Shown here in pieces: positions 9,724 to 21,202 of a stretch of 64,000 bases of DNA. The notes under the pieces are model-generated. The model was not told the origin of the DNA. It was given only the letters and a program-made list of their open reading frames with translations, and made no database searches. Source of the stretch: a bacterium (GTDB taxonomy: Bacteria > SM23-31); NCBI GenBank assembly GCA_965249485.1, contig OZ252239.1, positions 256,001 to 320,000 on the forward strand. The letters are read 5' to 3'. How positions within the stretch are numbered: the first letter of the stretch is position 1; the number at the start of each line of letters is the position of its first letter. The position numbers were made by a program, and so were the translations under genes.

Positions 9724-10713
9724 TTAAAACCGTGTAAGCACTGATCCCCAGGTAAATCCCCCACCGAATACTGTCATCAAACATAACGATCCGTCTGGCA
9801 GCAGTCCGTTTTTTCGCGCTTCATCAAGTGCAATTGGGACTGAAGCAGCTGAGGTATTTCCATACCGATCAACATTAATATAAAATTTTTCTTTCGGTGC
9901 GCCGGTTCGTTCGATGATCATATCAATGATCCTTGTGTTTGCCTGATGAGGGATAATCAGATCAACATCATCAATGGTCATTCCAACCTGTTCGAGAGAT
10001 TTATAAACTGCATCTTCCATAAAGCGGACAGCATATTTAAATGTTTCGCGCCCCTGCATATTAATATAGGGGAGCATTTCATTACCATCGGAATCATGAA
10101 ATTCATTTATGGCATTTTTTCCAGGATTCATGAGCAACGACGATAGCCGTCCGTCACTCTTGAGATAAGAAGTAAGTATCCCTTTTCCATCCTGCGAAGT
10201 TTTCAACACTGCAGCTCCTGCGCCGTCTCCGAACAATACGCAGGTATTTCTATCCTGCCAGTTAACAAGACGTGACAATGTCTCGGCTCCAATAACGAGA
10301 GCGTATTTATCACGCTGGGCGGCAAGCAACCCATTACAGACTGTCAGGCCGTATACAAATCCGGAACATGCCGCAGAGATATCGAACGCAGCAGCATTGA
10401 CCGCACCGATTTTTTCCTGCACATAACAGGCAGTGGCCGGAAAACAGACATCGGCAGTAATGGTTCCCAGAATAATAAAGTCAATTTCTTCGGGCTGAAT
10501 ACCGGCATCTTTGATCGCTTTCTTTGCTGCTACAGCACTTAAATCGGAGGTAGTTTCACCATTTGAAGCAATATAGCGTGTTTTTATCCCTGTTCTGGAA
10601 GTTATCCAATCATCGGAAGTATCAACCAATTTTTCAAGGTCTTCATTTGTCATGATTTTTTCAGGAACAGAAAAGCCTGTTCCGACAATTTTCGCTACCG
10701 GATTCCCAGTCAA
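9724..10713 (-). CDS. fabH: Beta-ketoacyl-ACP synthase III
   Basis: AACSGF, PHQAN, GNTSAAS, FGGGFTWG. Confidence 0.95.
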   Translation of the reverse strand: MTGNPVAKIVGTGFSVPEKIMTNEDLEKLVDTSDDWITSRTGIKTRYIASNGETTSDLSAVAAKKAIKDAGIQPEEIDFIILGTITADVCFPATACYVQEKIGAVNAAAFDISAACSGFVYGLTVCNGLLAAQRDKYALVIGAETLSRLVNWQDRNTCVLFGDGAGAAVLKTSQDGKGILTSYLKSDGRLSSLLMNPGKNAINEFHDSDGNEMLPYINMQGRETFKYAVRFMEDAVYKSLEQVGMTIDDVDLIIPHQANTRIIDMIIERTGAPKEKFYINVDRYGNTSAASVPIALDEARKNGLLPDGSLCLMTVFGGGFTWGSVLTRF

Positions 10714-11723
10714 TGTAACTCCTTATACTGTACAATTTCCTGATGGATTTTTCCCTGAATGTCCTGTTCATACATTGTTGCTGCAGTCAATATAGCAGTT
10801 TTCACGGCTTCGGGAGAGGAATGACCATGCCCGATGATTGAAACACCATTGATCCCTAACAGTGGGACACCGCCATAATTCTCATAGTTGAATAAATCTT
10901 TAAATTGTTTTATCGGTTTACCGAGCAGCTTCTTGCCAAGTTTATAAAATAGATTTGATCCTATCTGATTATCGACCACTTTATCGAATGTTGTCCCGAC
11001 TGTCTCGAACAGTTTTAATAGCACATTGCCGACAAATCCATCACACACAACAACATCGGCTGTTCCGGCAAGCACGTCCTGACCCTCTATATTTCCGATA
11101 AAATTAAGACTGCTCTCTCCAAACAATTTATGAGCCTCGATCGTAGCCTGATCCCCCTTAGTAGCCTCTACACCAATGCTAAGTAATCCGATTTTCGGTT
11201 TATCAATGTTTTTGAAATATTTTACCAGTGTTGCACCCATGATACCGAAATGGAAGAGGTGGTGGGGTTTGCAGTCAGTATTTGCTCCGACATCGAGCAA
11301 AAATGAAGTGCCATTATACGTCGGATAGAAAACACCGATTACAGGTCTGCTGACACCTTCGATTTTTCCGGCGGCTAACAATGATGCTGCCATAAATGCC
11401 CCGGTGTGTCCGGCGCTAAATATTGCGTCCGCCTTTTTTTCTTTCAATAGACGGGAAATTTTAACAATAGAGGAATCTTTTTTTTCTTTCAGTGCTTCAA
11501 GTGGTGAGTCATGCATTGTGATGGTTTCGGAAGCATGCACAACCGAGATATTTAGTGATGCAAGATCCGAGTCAACGCTATGAATTGCACCCTCATCACC
11601 AACAAGAATAATATGCAGATTCCCGCCCGCTTCTGTCACAGCGAGCCGGGCACCCTTTACCGGTGCTTCCGGCGCAAAATCCCCTCCCATAGCATCCACA
11701 GCTATTGTACAGGCATGCTTCAC
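10710..11723 (-). CDS. plsX: Phosphate acyltransferase PlsX
   Basis: AVDAMGGDFAP, LDVGAN, CDGFVGNV, GHG; stop overlaps the fabH start (ATGA). Confidence 0.95.
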   Translation of the reverse strand: MKHACTIAVDAMGGDFAPEAPVKGARLAVTEAGGNLHIILVGDEGAIHSVDSDLASLNISVVHASETITMHDSPLEALKEKKDSSIVKISRLLKEKKADAIFSAGHTGAFMAASLLAAGKIEGVSRPVIGVFYPTYNGTSFLLDVGANTDCKPHHLFHFGIMGATLVKYFKNIDKPKIGLLSIGVEATKGDQATIEAHKLFGESSLNFIGNIEGQDVLAGTADVVVCDGFVGNVLLKLFETVGTTFDKVVDNQIGSNLFYKLGKKLLGKPIKQFKDLFNYENYGGVPLLGINGVSIIGHGHSSPEAVKTAILTAATMYEQDIQGKIHQEIVQYKELH

Positions 11724-11734
11724 TTATGCCTCAC

Positions 11735-11917
11735 TTACGATTCTTTCGGGAAATAAGCTTCGCGGTTATTATAATGGCCGCAATTCGGACAGGCACGGTG
11801 GGTCTGTTTTGGTTGATGGCAGTGGGGACACTCCATTAATGTTGGCGCTGAAAGTTTCCAGTGGGTTCTCCGTTTGTCACGTCTCGATTTTGAGATTTTA
11901 CGTTTTGGTAATGCCAC
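11735..11917 (-). CDS. rpmF: 50S ribosomal protein L32 (zinc-ribbon form)
   Basis: ALPKRKISKSRRDKRRTH; CPHC...CPNC. Confidence 0.95.
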   Translation of the reverse strand: MALPKRKISKSRRDKRRTHWKLSAPTLMECPHCHQPKQTHRACPNCGHYNNREAYFPKES

Positions 11918-11992
11918 CTTTTTACTCCTTACTCTTAGCTATCTCGCTATTGATTTCTCACAAACCTTTTGGGTCTTTTTCAGTACAATTGA

Positions 11993-12490
11993 TTAGTTCC
12001 GAAGACCTTTCAGCCCTTCCCAACGCGGATCAATAGTTTCATCAGTACAATCGCACTGCTTTTCATTAAGATTTGCGCCACACGTCGTGCAAAGACCCTT
12101 GCATGACTCACTGCAGATGGACTTCATCGGCAGATTCAGAAGCAGGTTCTGCCTGACATCATCGGTCAAATCCGCTGTAGCCTGACCTGCAGGCAAAAAA
12201 TGGAGATCATCTTGCTGGTTTTCGGGATCAAGTGTACCGTCTTCGGTATAAATCATCTCGGTTCCTGTTGAGTATGGAATAGAATAGTCTTCTAAACAGC
12301 GGTCACAGGATCCTTTTAAATTGGTTGAAAAAGATAATTTTAAGTAATAATTCTTACCCTGTACATTAATCTCAATATCAACCTGCAAGTCGTCCGAAAA
12401 TTGATCCTTATCAAGACCATAATTTGTGATCGGTTCAGTCAGCGAATCTTTATGTTCGCCTTCCTTCAGACCCCGCAATTTCAGTTTCAT
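11993..12490 (-). CDS. yceD: DUF177/YceD family protein
   Basis: CDRCL, LPMKSICSESCKGLCTTCG, IDPRW; immediately upstream of rpmF. Confidence 0.9.
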   Translation of the reverse strand: MKLKLRGLKEGEHKDSLTEPITNYGLDKDQFSDDLQVDIEINVQGKNYYLKLSFSTNLKGSCDRCLEDYSIPYSTGTEMIYTEDGTLDPENQQDDLHFLPAGQATADLTDDVRQNLLLNLPMKSICSESCKGLCTTCGANLNEKQCDCTDETIDPRWEGLKGLRN

Positions 12491-12585
12491 TGCTCAACCT
12501 TCTGACACATATTTGTAAACTTTTAACAGCTTCAATCATGTGAACCGGATATCTGTCAGTTTGTGCCAAAGTGCGTTCGTATTTC

Positions 12586-13005
12586 TTAATCTATATTGTT
12601 TCCGAAAAAATACTCTGCTTCGATTTCCGCATTCTCGGGAGAATCACTCGCATGAATCAGATTATTCTGCTTGCTTTCTGCCCATTCTTTGCGGACTGTT
12701 CCGGGATCCGCCTCTGCCGGATCGGTTGACCCAATAACCTCGCGAAGTTTTACAACAGCATTTTCCCGTTCGAGCAACATAACAAACACAGGTCCTGATG
12801 TCATAAAATCCATCAATTCAGGGAAAAAAGGTCTATCCTTATGAACCGCATAGAATCCTTCTGCTTCTTCCTGCGTCAAATGTTTTAAAACTCCATTTAC
12901 AAAGGTAAAGTCCTCATTTTCGAGACGCTGTATCACTTTGCCCATAAGTTTGCGCTGTACGCAATCCGGTTTTAATATTCCCAGCGTTCTCTGTTGTTCA
13001 CTCAT
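12586..13005 (-). CDS. ndk: Nucleoside diphosphate kinase
   Basis: RTLGILKPD, NLIHASDS. Confidence 0.95.
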   Translation of the reverse strand: MSEQQRTLGILKPDCVQRKLMGKVIQRLENEDFTFVNGVLKHLTQEEAEGFYAVHKDRPFFPELMDFMTSGPVFVMLLERENAVVKLREVIGSTDPAEADPGTVRKEWAESKQNNLIHASDSPENAEIEAEYFFGNNID

Positions 13006-13292
13006 CGAACCGCTTCCACCTTATAAATCGGAATTTTCATTAACTGTCGTTGTCAGTAAGCCCTACCAAACCAAAACACTTCTGCTTCAAAAAGAGACTA
13101 CGATTCTTGTTTCGGAGTTCATTCATTGCTATTTCTATAAAAACTCCTAAATATAATGAATAAAAAGTCAATATGGAAGTCATTTTTAGTGTCCAATGAA
13201 TAATTTGCTACTTAATCTTGTTAAAGAAAAAGTGCTGGCCAAACCGAACCTTATTGCATACTTCGCAAACAAACTATACCTCTTTATAGCGG

Positions 13293-14165
13293 TTACAGGG
13301 CAAGAATCTCCTGAACCGTAGCACCAATCTCTGCAGGATTGTCAACAACTGCAATACCTGCAGCTTTCAGTGCAGCCTTCTTTTCCGCAGCGGTCCCTTT
13401 TCCGCCGGAGATGATCGCTCCCGCATGTCCCATCCTCCGTCCCGGAGGTGCCGTTGCGCCTGCAATAAAACTGACAACCGGCTTGTTAAATTCAGCTTTG
13501 ACAAACTCTGCCGCCTCTTCTTCGGCAGTCCCGCCAATTTCTCCGATCATAACAACAGCATCAGTATCCGGGTCATCATTAAACAGCCGGAGAAGGTCGA
13601 GAAATGTTGAACCTATGACAGGGTCGCCACCGATGCCGATACAGGTACTTTGTCCCAGATCGAGCTTTGTGAGTTGGTCTACTGCCTCGTAGGTGAGTGT
13701 TCCGCTGCGCGATATTACACCGACTCTTCCAGACATGTGGATTGCGCCGGGCATGATACCGATCTTAGCCTGTCCTGGTGTGATGACTCCAGGACAGTTC
13801 GGCCCGATTAAACGAATTGTGGTTCCATCGAGGTACCGCTTCACCGTTACCATATCGAGTGCCGGAATACCTTCGGTAATGCAGACAACCACGTCGAGAC
13901 CAGCATCAGCGGCTTCGAGCACACCGTCCGCCGCAAAAGGCGGTGGGACAAAAATCGCCGAAGCATTTGCACCGGTTGCATCCACCGCATCTTTGACAGT
14001 GTTAAAAACCGGAATTCCCTCGAAATCCTGGCCGCCTTTACACGGTGTTACACCGGCAACAACGTTCGTGCCGTACTCTACCATCAGTTTTGTATGAAAG
14101 GAACCTTCGCTACCGGTTATTCCCTGCACAACAACTTTCGTAGAAGAATCTATCAGAATACTCAT
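13293..14165 (-). CDS. sucD: Succinyl-CoA synthetase alpha subunit
   Basis: [28 protein letters not shown] phospho-His. Confidence 0.95.
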   Translation of the reverse strand: MSILIDSSTKVVVQGITGSEGSFHTKLMVEYGTNVVAGVTPCKGGQDFEGIPVFNTVKDAVDATGANASAIFVPPPFAADGVLEAADAGLDVVVCITEGIPALDMVTVKRYLDGTTIRLIGPNCPGVITPGQAKIGIMPGAIHMSGRVGVISRSGTLTYEAVDQLTKLDLGQSTCIGIGGDPVIGSTFLDLLRLFNDDPDTDAVVMIGEIGGTAEEEAAEFVKAEFNKPVVSFIAGATAPPGRRMGHAGAIISGGKGTAAEKKAALKAAGIAVVDNPAEIGATVQEILAL

Positions 14166-14200
14166 CGTATTACTTATCCCCTATATCGTATTTAATCTGC

Positions 14201-15361
14201 TTAATTGAGCGCTGCAACCACTTTTTCAGCGCATTCTTGAAATCGTGTCGCCACAATGAATTCGAGATCCGAATCTTCCAGAATTTTTGCAGCAACATCG
14301 GCATTATTACCCTGAAGCCTAACAACAATCGGTACTGTCACTTCGATCTGCGACAGTGCTTCTTTGATTCCGTTTGCGACACGGTCGCAGCGGACAATTC
14401 CACCGAATATATTGACAAGCACCGCCTTGACATTCGGATCGAACAAAAGGAGGAGAAATCCGTTCTTGACCGTTTCGACATTCGCGACTCCGCCGACATC
14501 AAGGAAATTTGCAGGTGCCGCTCCGGCGAGTTTGATGATGTCCATTGTTGCCATTGCGAGTCCTGCTCCATTCACGATGCACCCGACATTGCCGTCGAGT
14601 TTGATGTAGTTAAGGCCATGTTTACTCGCTTCGACTTCGAGCTGGTCTTCTTCATCGGTGTCTCTGAGTTTACTGATTTCTGGATGGCGGTACAAGGCAT
14701 TGTCATCGATATTTATCTTAGCATCGAGAGCAACGACATCACCGGAACCAGTTACGATAAGCGGATTCATTTCCGCAAGTGACGCATCCGATTCAGTAAA
14801 GGCTTTGTAGAGAGCCTGCATAAACTTGATGCCTTTTTTAAACGAATCTCCGGTCAGACCAAGTCCGAACGCAAGTCTCCGTGCCTGAAATGATGAAAAT
14901 CCCACGGCCGGATCGATAAATTCCTTTAAAATCTTCTCGGGTGTTTCTGCGGCGACTTTTTCAATTTCGACACCGCCTTCGGTACTTGCCATAAAGACCA
15001 GCCGCGACCGGGCACGGTCGAGCACAACACCAAGGTAAAGTTCGCGCTCTATATCCATTCCTTCTTCAATGAGGAGACGCCTGACAATTTTTCCTTCGGG
15101 CCCTGTTTGATGAGTTACAAGATTCATTCCGAGTATCTCGGAAGCAATCTTTTTTGCTTCTTCCGAACTGTCGGCAAGTTTCACACCACCACCTTTACCC
15201 CTGCCGCCGGCGTGAATTTGCGCCTTCACAACAACTTTTGCAGTCCCGATCTCACGAGCAATCGAATATGCCTCGTCAGCAGAGAATGCAACTCCACCAC
15301 GCGGAACTACTACGTTGAATTTTTTCAGAACCTCTTTACTCTGATATTCGTGTATGTTCAT
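14201..15361 (-). CDS. sucC: Succinyl-CoA synthetase beta subunit
   Basis: [39 protein letters not shown]. Confidence 0.95.
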   Translation of the reverse strand: MNIHEYQSKEVLKKFNVVVPRGGVAFSADEAYSIAREIGTAKVVVKAQIHAGGRGKGGGVKLADSSEEAKKIASEILGMNLVTHQTGPEGKIVRRLLIEEGMDIERELYLGVVLDRARSRLVFMASTEGGVEIEKVAAETPEKILKEFIDPAVGFSSFQARRLAFGLGLTGDSFKKGIKFMQALYKAFTESDASLAEMNPLIVTGSGDVVALDAKINIDDNALYRHPEISKLRDTDEEDQLEVEASKHGLNYIKLDGNVGCIVNGAGLAMATMDIIKLAGAAPANFLDVGGVANVETVKNGFLLLLFDPNVKAVLVNIFGGIVRCDRVANGIKEALSQIEVTVPIVVRLQGNNADVAAKILEDSDLEFIVATRFQECAEKVVAALN

Positions 15362-15711
15362 ATATCTATCCGTTTCTGTATTGGAGTATGCATAACTAGT
15401 AAGCTGCGCTATGAAGCTGAAAATATATCAATTATTGCTGTTTATGTCAATACGATTTTAGGGATTGATATTTTGTCAGATTAGTACGTACTTATAGCGA
15501 AGTGACAATAAGGTCTTTTTCTGTGTCCGGCATAGTATAGACACCGAGCACTGCCTTTAAGCAAAGTATTTTCTATGATGTTGATTTCGATGATAAATTT
15601 ATCTACTTTCCGGTCAATATTTTATCCATGTTCATCATTTCAGTACTCAGTATTGCCTTTTATATAGGTATGATACTCATTAACACGGCTCAACAAACAG
15701 GATGATTTTCT

Positions 15712-17115
15712 ATGAACAATTCTCATGATACCAATAAGGAAGAGATCGGTCTAATCAGGCAACTCGGACTTTTTGATTCTACCATGATCTTTATCGGAAT
15801 CGTGATCGGTTCAGGAATTTTTCTCACTACAGGTATAATTGCCGAGTCGATCCCGTCAGCAACCCTTATACTAATAGCCTGGCTATTCGGCGGGCTCCTC
15901 ACGTTTATCGGAGCGCTTATCTATGCCGAATTGGGGACTGCAATGCCGGAGGCAGGTGGACAATATGTTTACCTCCGCGAGGCATATGGAACGCTTTCAG
16001 CTTTCCTTTATGGATGGATTTTATTTCTTGTATACATCTCGGGTTCTATCGCGTTTCTCGGTGTCGCTTTTTCAGAGTATCTCGGCTATTTTTTCCCGCA
16101 TCTCGGATCAGAAAATATTCTTATTTCGACCCCTATGAGTATATTCGGATCATCTTTTGACTACACAATTTCATCAGGCCAGCTTATTGCTATTCTCATC
16201 ATTCTATTGATTTCGGCAGTAAACTATTTTGGCGTGCTCTTCGGTAAAATAATCCAGAATATATTTACGATAATCAAAATCGGAACTGTCCTCATTTTTA
16301 TCGTCATTGGTTTTACAACCACGCAAAACACGCAGATAGATTTTTCGTTCAACCCCGCGGATCTTAGTCTCAGTCAGCTCACGATTGGATTCGGCGTTTC
16401 GCTTATTGCAGTTTCGTATGCATTTGACGGCTGGAACAACATTAACTTTGTTGCGAGTGAAATAAAAAATCCCAAACGAAATTTGCCCTTTTCTCTCTTT
16501 TACGGTACCATCGTTATTACGGTGCTTTATCTGTTAATAAATATTGTCTATCTTCGCGCACTGCCGATGGATGACATTGTCGGTGTTCTCCGAATAGCAG
16601 AGCGGGCAAGTTCAGCTCTTTTCGGTACGGTTACTACCGGTTTAATTTCCGGTGCAATAATGATTTCAATCTTCGGAGCACTGAACGGCACTATTTTGGT
16701 AGGGCCACGCGTATATTACGCCATGGCTAAGGACGGGCTTTTCTTCAAAAGGGTTGCTGAAGTCCATCCGAAATACCGAACTCCCGGTTTTGCCATTATC
16801 ATTCAAGCCGTCTGGTCTTGTTTCCTTACGCTGACCGGGACATTCGAACAACTCTTTACTTATGTTATTTTTGTCGCTATTATATTTTGGGTAGCTGCAG
16901 CAGCCTCGGTTTTCACCCTCAGGAAGAAAAAACCGGATATGGATCGGCCGTACAAAACGTGGGGATACCCTGTTGTCCCGCTCATATTTATAATCGCTTC
17001 GGCCGGTATTCTTTTCAATACGTTATTTGAAAGCCCGGTCGAATCACTTGCAGGTATTGGATTGACACTTATTGGAATACCGATATATTATTATTGGAAA
17101 AATAAAAATAGGTGA
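15712..17115 (+). CDS. APC-family amino acid permease (LAT-like)
   Basis: IGSGIF, YAELG..MPEAGG.Y.YLREAYG, RPYKTWGYP; about 12 TM segments. Confidence 0.9.
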   Translation: MNNSHDTNKEEIGLIRQLGLFDSTMIFIGIVIGSGIFLTTGIIAESIPSATLILIAWLFGGLLTFIGALIYAELGTAMPEAGGQYVYLREAYGTLSAFLYGWILFLVYISGSIAFLGVAFSEYLGYFFPHLGSENILISTPMSIFGSSFDYTISSGQLIAILIILLISAVNYFGVLFGKIIQNIFTIIKIGTVLIFIVIGFTTTQNTQIDFSFNPADLSLSQLTIGFGVSLIAVSYAFDGWNNINFVASEIKNPKRNLPFSLFYGTIVITVLYLLINIVYLRALPMDDIVGVLRIAERASSALFGTVTTGLISGAIMISIFGALNGTILVGPRVYYAMAKDGLFFKRVAEVHPKYRTPGFAIIIQAVWSCFLTLTGTFEQLFTYVIFVAIIFWVAAAASVFTLRKKKPDMDRPYKTWGYPVVPLIFIIASAGILFNTLFESPVESLAGIGLTLIGIPIYYYWKNKNR

Positions 17116-17149
17116 GTTATTTAAGGTACACGTTGATTGAAGCCGGTTT

Positions 17150-17482
17150 TTATCTCCGGGCTTCTTTGAGGATATCCGCAGTCTTGTAGAGGCCGGTAAT
17201 ACGAATGCCGAATCGTTCGTCAATTACAACAACTTCACCTTCAGCAAATTTTTTATCATTTACCAGAAGATCAACTGTTTCACCGGCAAGCTTGTCAAAT
17301 TCGATGAGTGAGCCCTTTTCAAGTGCAAGAATATCATGAACAAGCATTCTTGTCCTGCCGAGTTCAATGGAGACAGGAAGGAACACGTCATCAAGGAATT
17401 CGATCTCATTACCATGCTCCTCTGCCGGTGCTTCAATTTCGTCAATATTCTGAAACTCTGCACTTGCTATTTGCGTCGGCAT
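17150..17482 (-). CDS. fliN: Flagellar motor switch protein FliN-like (SpoA domain), orphan
   Basis: VSIELGRTRM..DILALEKGSLIEFDKLAGE.VD..VN....AEGEVVVIDERFGIRIT. Confidence 0.88.
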   Translation of the reverse strand: MPTQIASAEFQNIDEIEAPAEEHGNEIEFLDDVFLPVSIELGRTRMLVHDILALEKGSLIEFDKLAGETVDLLVNDKKFAEGEVVVIDERFGIRITGLYKTADILKEARR

Positions 17483-17577
17483 AGACGAACCTCAAATTCA
17501 ATGACCTATTACTGAATTAATATACCACTTGCAATAAAAAAACGCTTGGGGAAACTGATTTGTTCCACCTATATAGT

Positions 17578-17605
17578 ATGTCGGCAATTTTATCCTGAAA
17601 CTGAA
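17578..17605 (-). promoter_or_regulatory. Putative sigma-28 promoter of the orphan fliN
   Basis: TTCA(GTTT)-N16-GCCGACAT on the minus strand. Confidence 0.45.
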
Positions 17606-17849
17606 ATTTTTCACCTCTCTCAGTCACATTTTATGATTCTGAAAAACCGTTTTAATGCAACGAGTAAGATATGCTCGCACACTATCAAATCCTGAGGAAG
17701 TGTAAATCAGTATACTATGACTTTTTTATTGATTTTCTCCGAAAAGCAGTTATTTTTGGTGACGCTGTTATCGGTCATTCCGATTTTTCCGTGCATTTCA
17801 CATTCGGATTAATCACCATTTTACCATTCAGTTACGGTCAGGAGATGAT

Positions 17850-19268
17850 ATGATCCTGCTTTGGATTGTACTCGGCTATATGTTAGTCCTTGTTTCAATT
17901 GGTATCTATCGCTCGAGAACGATCTCCAACCAAACCGATTTTATGGTTGCGGGACGTGGAGTGCCGACCTGGATACTGATCCTGACCCTTATCAGCACCT
18001 GGATCGGTTCGGGAAGTCTGATTGGCGGATCGGGATTAGCGTATCGGCAGGGTATCTCGATGCTTTGGTTTTCATTCGGTGCATGGATCGGTATTATTGT
18101 GGTCTATTTTCTCGCAGGACGTGTACGGAGAATTGCCGAATTCACCCTCCCGGACATTCTTGAAAAACGTTATAATGCAACAGCTCGTGTTCTCGGAACA
18201 ATTTGCATTATTATAGCTTTCACTACAATAGTCGGCTACCAGTTCAAGGGCGGAGGAATGGTTATCAATATTGTGACTGGCCTACCTATTGAGTACGGTA
18301 TAATTATAGCTGCAATCAGCATTATTCTCTATACTTCGATTGGGGGAATGATCTCAATAATAACTCTCGATATTTTTAATGGAATTGTAATAATCATTGC
18401 GCTGTTCATAGCGCTGCCGATGCTTTATTTCGGTGTCGGAGGCATGGAGTCACTCAGGGTAAACTTGAGTCCTGATCATTTTACCGTATTCGGTGATAAA
18501 AACATCTGGTGGGCTATCGGCATCTCATTTCCGACCTTATTTTTGCTCCTCGGTGAATCGACTATGTATCAGAAGTTCTTCTCGGCAAAGAATGAGTGGA
18601 CAGCGCGACGTTCTGTTATCGGAATGTTTGTCGGTGTTGTTATCATCGAAACTGCGCTCTGTTTTGTTGCTATTATCGGGGCGAGTTATTTTACCGATCT
18701 TCAAGATACAGAGACAATAATTCTCCATACTGCCCGGTATGGGGGTGAAATTGGACTGCCATTTTGGGTAGGCGCATTGTTATTGTGTGCCGGGATCGCG
18801 ATTATTCTCTCAACTGCAAACTCATTTCTGCTGACTGCCAGCACCAATATCACACGGGATATATACCAACGGTTCATTAATCCGGATGCGAGTCAGCAAA
18901 GAATAATCTGGGTTCAACGGCTTTGGATATTCATCCTCGGCGTTCTTGCCTATCTGTTACTAACCCAATTCAAATCGGTGCTCGACATGGCATTGACTGC
19001 CTATACAATGATCGGTGCTGGTATCACTCCGGTACTCCTGGCAGCATTTCTCTGGAAACGGGTAACACCTGCAGGCGGAGTTGCCGCAATGGCAGGCGGA
19101 ATGCTCGGGACTATTGTTCCGAAATTCTTATTTAATCTTGATGGTGACATGATAATTTATCCAGCTCTGGGCTTATCACTGTTATGTATGGTTGTAGTCA
19201 GCCTGCTGACACAGCGGTCACCTGATGAGAAAATTGCTCCCTTTTTATCGACAACAAAAAGGATCTAA
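17850..19268 (+). CDS. Sodium:solute symporter family protein
   Basis: DFMVAGR, STWIGSGS, TLPDILEKRY, YQKFFSAK, STANSFLL..STNITRDIY. Confidence 0.9.
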   Translation: MILLWIVLGYMLVLVSIGIYRSRTISNQTDFMVAGRGVPTWILILTLISTWIGSGSLIGGSGLAYRQGISMLWFSFGAWIGIIVVYFLAGRVRRIAEFTLPDILEKRYNATARVLGTICIIIAFTTIVGYQFKGGGMVINIVTGLPIEYGIIIAAISIILYTSIGGMISIITLDIFNGIVIIIALFIALPMLYFGVGGMESLRVNLSPDHFTVFGDKNIWWAIGISFPTLFLLLGESTMYQKFFSAKNEWTARRSVIGMFVGVVIIETALCFVAIIGASYFTDLQDTETIILHTARYGGEIGLPFWVGALLLCAGIAIILSTANSFLLTASTNITRDIYQRFINPDASQQRIIWVQRLWIFILGVLAYLLLTQFKSVLDMALTAYTMIGAGITPVLLAAFLWKRVTPAGGVAAMAGGMLGTIVPKFLFNLDGDMIIYPALGLSLLCMVVVSLLTQRSPDEKIAPFLSTTKRI

Positions 19269-20446
19269 TGATGGATATTCCGCGGATACAAAAAGCTCTT
19301 AATGAATTCAACTTTGACGGGTGGCTGCTTTACGATTTTCATGGTATTAACCCCATTGCAAACAGTCTCTTGAATTTGCCTGAGGAACTGCATGCGACAC
19401 GGCGGTATTTCTATTTTATTCCTGCGCACGGCGAGCCGAAAAAACTGGTCCACAGGATAGAATCACAGAATCTCGATACCTGTTCCGGAGAGAAACATGT
19501 TTACCTGAGCTGGCAGTCTTATAGAGAAGGACTTACTACTATTTTAAACGGACATCGTAGAATAGCGATGGAATATTCGCCTAATAATGCTATACCATAT
19601 ATATCCCGTGTTGATGCGGGGACAATCGAACTTGTGAGATCGCTCGATAAGGAAATCATCTCCTCGGCAGACCTTATTCAGGAAATCGAAGTGCGCCTTA
19701 CTGATGAGCAAATCGATTCCCATATTGTCGCGGCAAAACAGATTAGACAATTTATTTATAATGCCTTTGATGAGATTCATACACGTATAGTAAAACTGGG
19801 AGGAATCCGGGAGCATGCTGTTCAACAATTTCTTGTCCGGCGTCTCGGCGAACATAATCTCATTGCTGATCATCCTCCTATTGTTGCAGTCAATGCCAAT
19901 GCGGGCAATCCCCACTACGCACCGCCTGAACACGACAGTGCGTTTATCGGCCCAGACAATCTGGTGCTTATCGATCTCTGGGCTAAATTACCGAATGCCG
20001 GTTCTATCTATGCGGATATTACCTGGATGGGATATACAGGAGAAATTGTTCCAGAAGAATATGCACAAACGTTCGGCGTCGTGGCAAATGCACGTGACAA
20101 AGCATTTTCATTTATTCATGACCGATTTGCCGAAGAGAAACGGGTTATGGGGTGGGAAGTTGACGACGTTGCCCGAAATATCATTAGCAAAGCAGGATAT
20201 GGTGAAAATTTTATCCACCGGACAGGACATTCTGTAGGGGAAGATGTGCATGGGAACGGGACGAATCTCGACAATCTTGAGTCTCACGATGAGCGGAAAC
20301 TGCTGAGAAGTACCTGTGTCACCATTGAACCGGGAATCTATACCGACACCTATGGGATCAGGACAGAGATAAATGTTCTGATAACTCATGAGGGTGAGGT
20401 ACTCTGTACTGGTGGGGATCCGCAGCTGGAAATCGAAATCATATAA
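19268..20446 (+). CDS. M24-family (Xaa-Pro) aminopeptidase
   Basis: NAGNPHY, DLWAK, YADITW, HRTGHS, TIEPGIY, GIRTE; start overlaps the SSS stop. Confidence 0.9.
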   Translation: MMDIPRIQKALNEFNFDGWLLYDFHGINPIANSLLNLPEELHATRRYFYFIPAHGEPKKLVHRIESQNLDTCSGEKHVYLSWQSYREGLTTILNGHRRIAMEYSPNNAIPYISRVDAGTIELVRSLDKEIISSADLIQEIEVRLTDEQIDSHIVAAKQIRQFIYNAFDEIHTRIVKLGGIREHAVQQFLVRRLGEHNLIADHPPIVAVNANAGNPHYAPPEHDSAFIGPDNLVLIDLWAKLPNAGSIYADITWMGYTGEIVPEEYAQTFGVVANARDKAFSFIHDRFAEEKRVMGWEVDDVARNIISKAGYGENFIHRTGHSVGEDVHGNGTNLDNLESHDERKLLRSTCVTIEPGIYTDTYGIRTEINVLITHEGEVLCTGGDPQLEIEII

Positions 20447-20518
20447 TGAAGTTTAAATCTGCAATAAATTTCGGATACGATCCTCCCACTCATTGCCCTG
20501 TCTGACGAATACAAGATA

Positions 20519-21019
20519 TTAAGGATTTTCGAGCTCTGCCTCGAGACTGTCGAACATCCGCTGTTCAATGATTCCATTTGAAAGCTGATCGCGCCACTTG
20601 TAATATGACATGAGTGACCGCGAATATTTGCTTAGATGCACCTCAAGCTGAACCGAAATCCCTTTACCCTCGTTTTCCATAACAGCAATAGCTATATCGT
20701 ACTTTGCTTTTTCAATGATCCTCTCACCCTTTTCAGGAAACAATGATGCTTGACCGAGTTCAGATTTAGGATTAAGCGGGATAAAATCGGTAATAATCAC
20801 GCCGCGCTCTTTATCGAACGTCTCAATATCGATATCCTGACTGGCAAGCACATTTACAAGTACGTCCCATACATCGTCAAACGGATAATTGAAATGACGA
20901 GTTTTCTGGTCCGGCATTACCGGCACAAACACTCTCGATTGCTCAGCTTCGCAGGCAGATAGCAAAAGTATTCCGACAATAATCGGGAAAATAACTATGG
21001 TTTTATCTCTTCGTCTCAA
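20519..21019 (-). CDS. Outer-membrane lipoprotein, BamC-like domain
   Basis: LLSAC lipobox; PFDDVWD..V..L....I...DKERGVIITDF pattern. Confidence 0.6.
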   Translation of the reverse strand: MRRRDKTIVIFPIIVGILLLSACEAEQSRVFVPVMPDQKTRHFNYPFDDVWDVLVNVLASQDIDIETFDKERGVIITDFIPLNPKSELGQASLFPEKGERIIEKAKYDIAIAVMENEGKGISVQLEVHLSKYSRSLMSYYKWRDQLSNGIIEQRMFDSLEAELENP

Positions 21020-21076
21020 GACGTTTCCCGTTTTGACATCCTGTTTTTTCGCTCTATTTAATGAGTATACAACAAA

Positions 21077-21109
21077 GAAACCCGGAATGCAATAAGCAAT
21101 CCGGGTTTC
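21077..21109 (-). terminator. Intrinsic terminator downstream of citrate synthase
   Basis: GAAACCCGGA...TCCGGGTTTC perfect 10-bp stem followed by a U-rich tract on the minus strand. Confidence 0.7.
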
Positions 21110-21202
21110 AATTACAAATTAGAAAGGAACATGTGCCAAATTATATTTTCACAGACGTTAAACCGATTAAGCAAATGTTTTCTCTTTATCGGTTTTTCCC
21201 AG

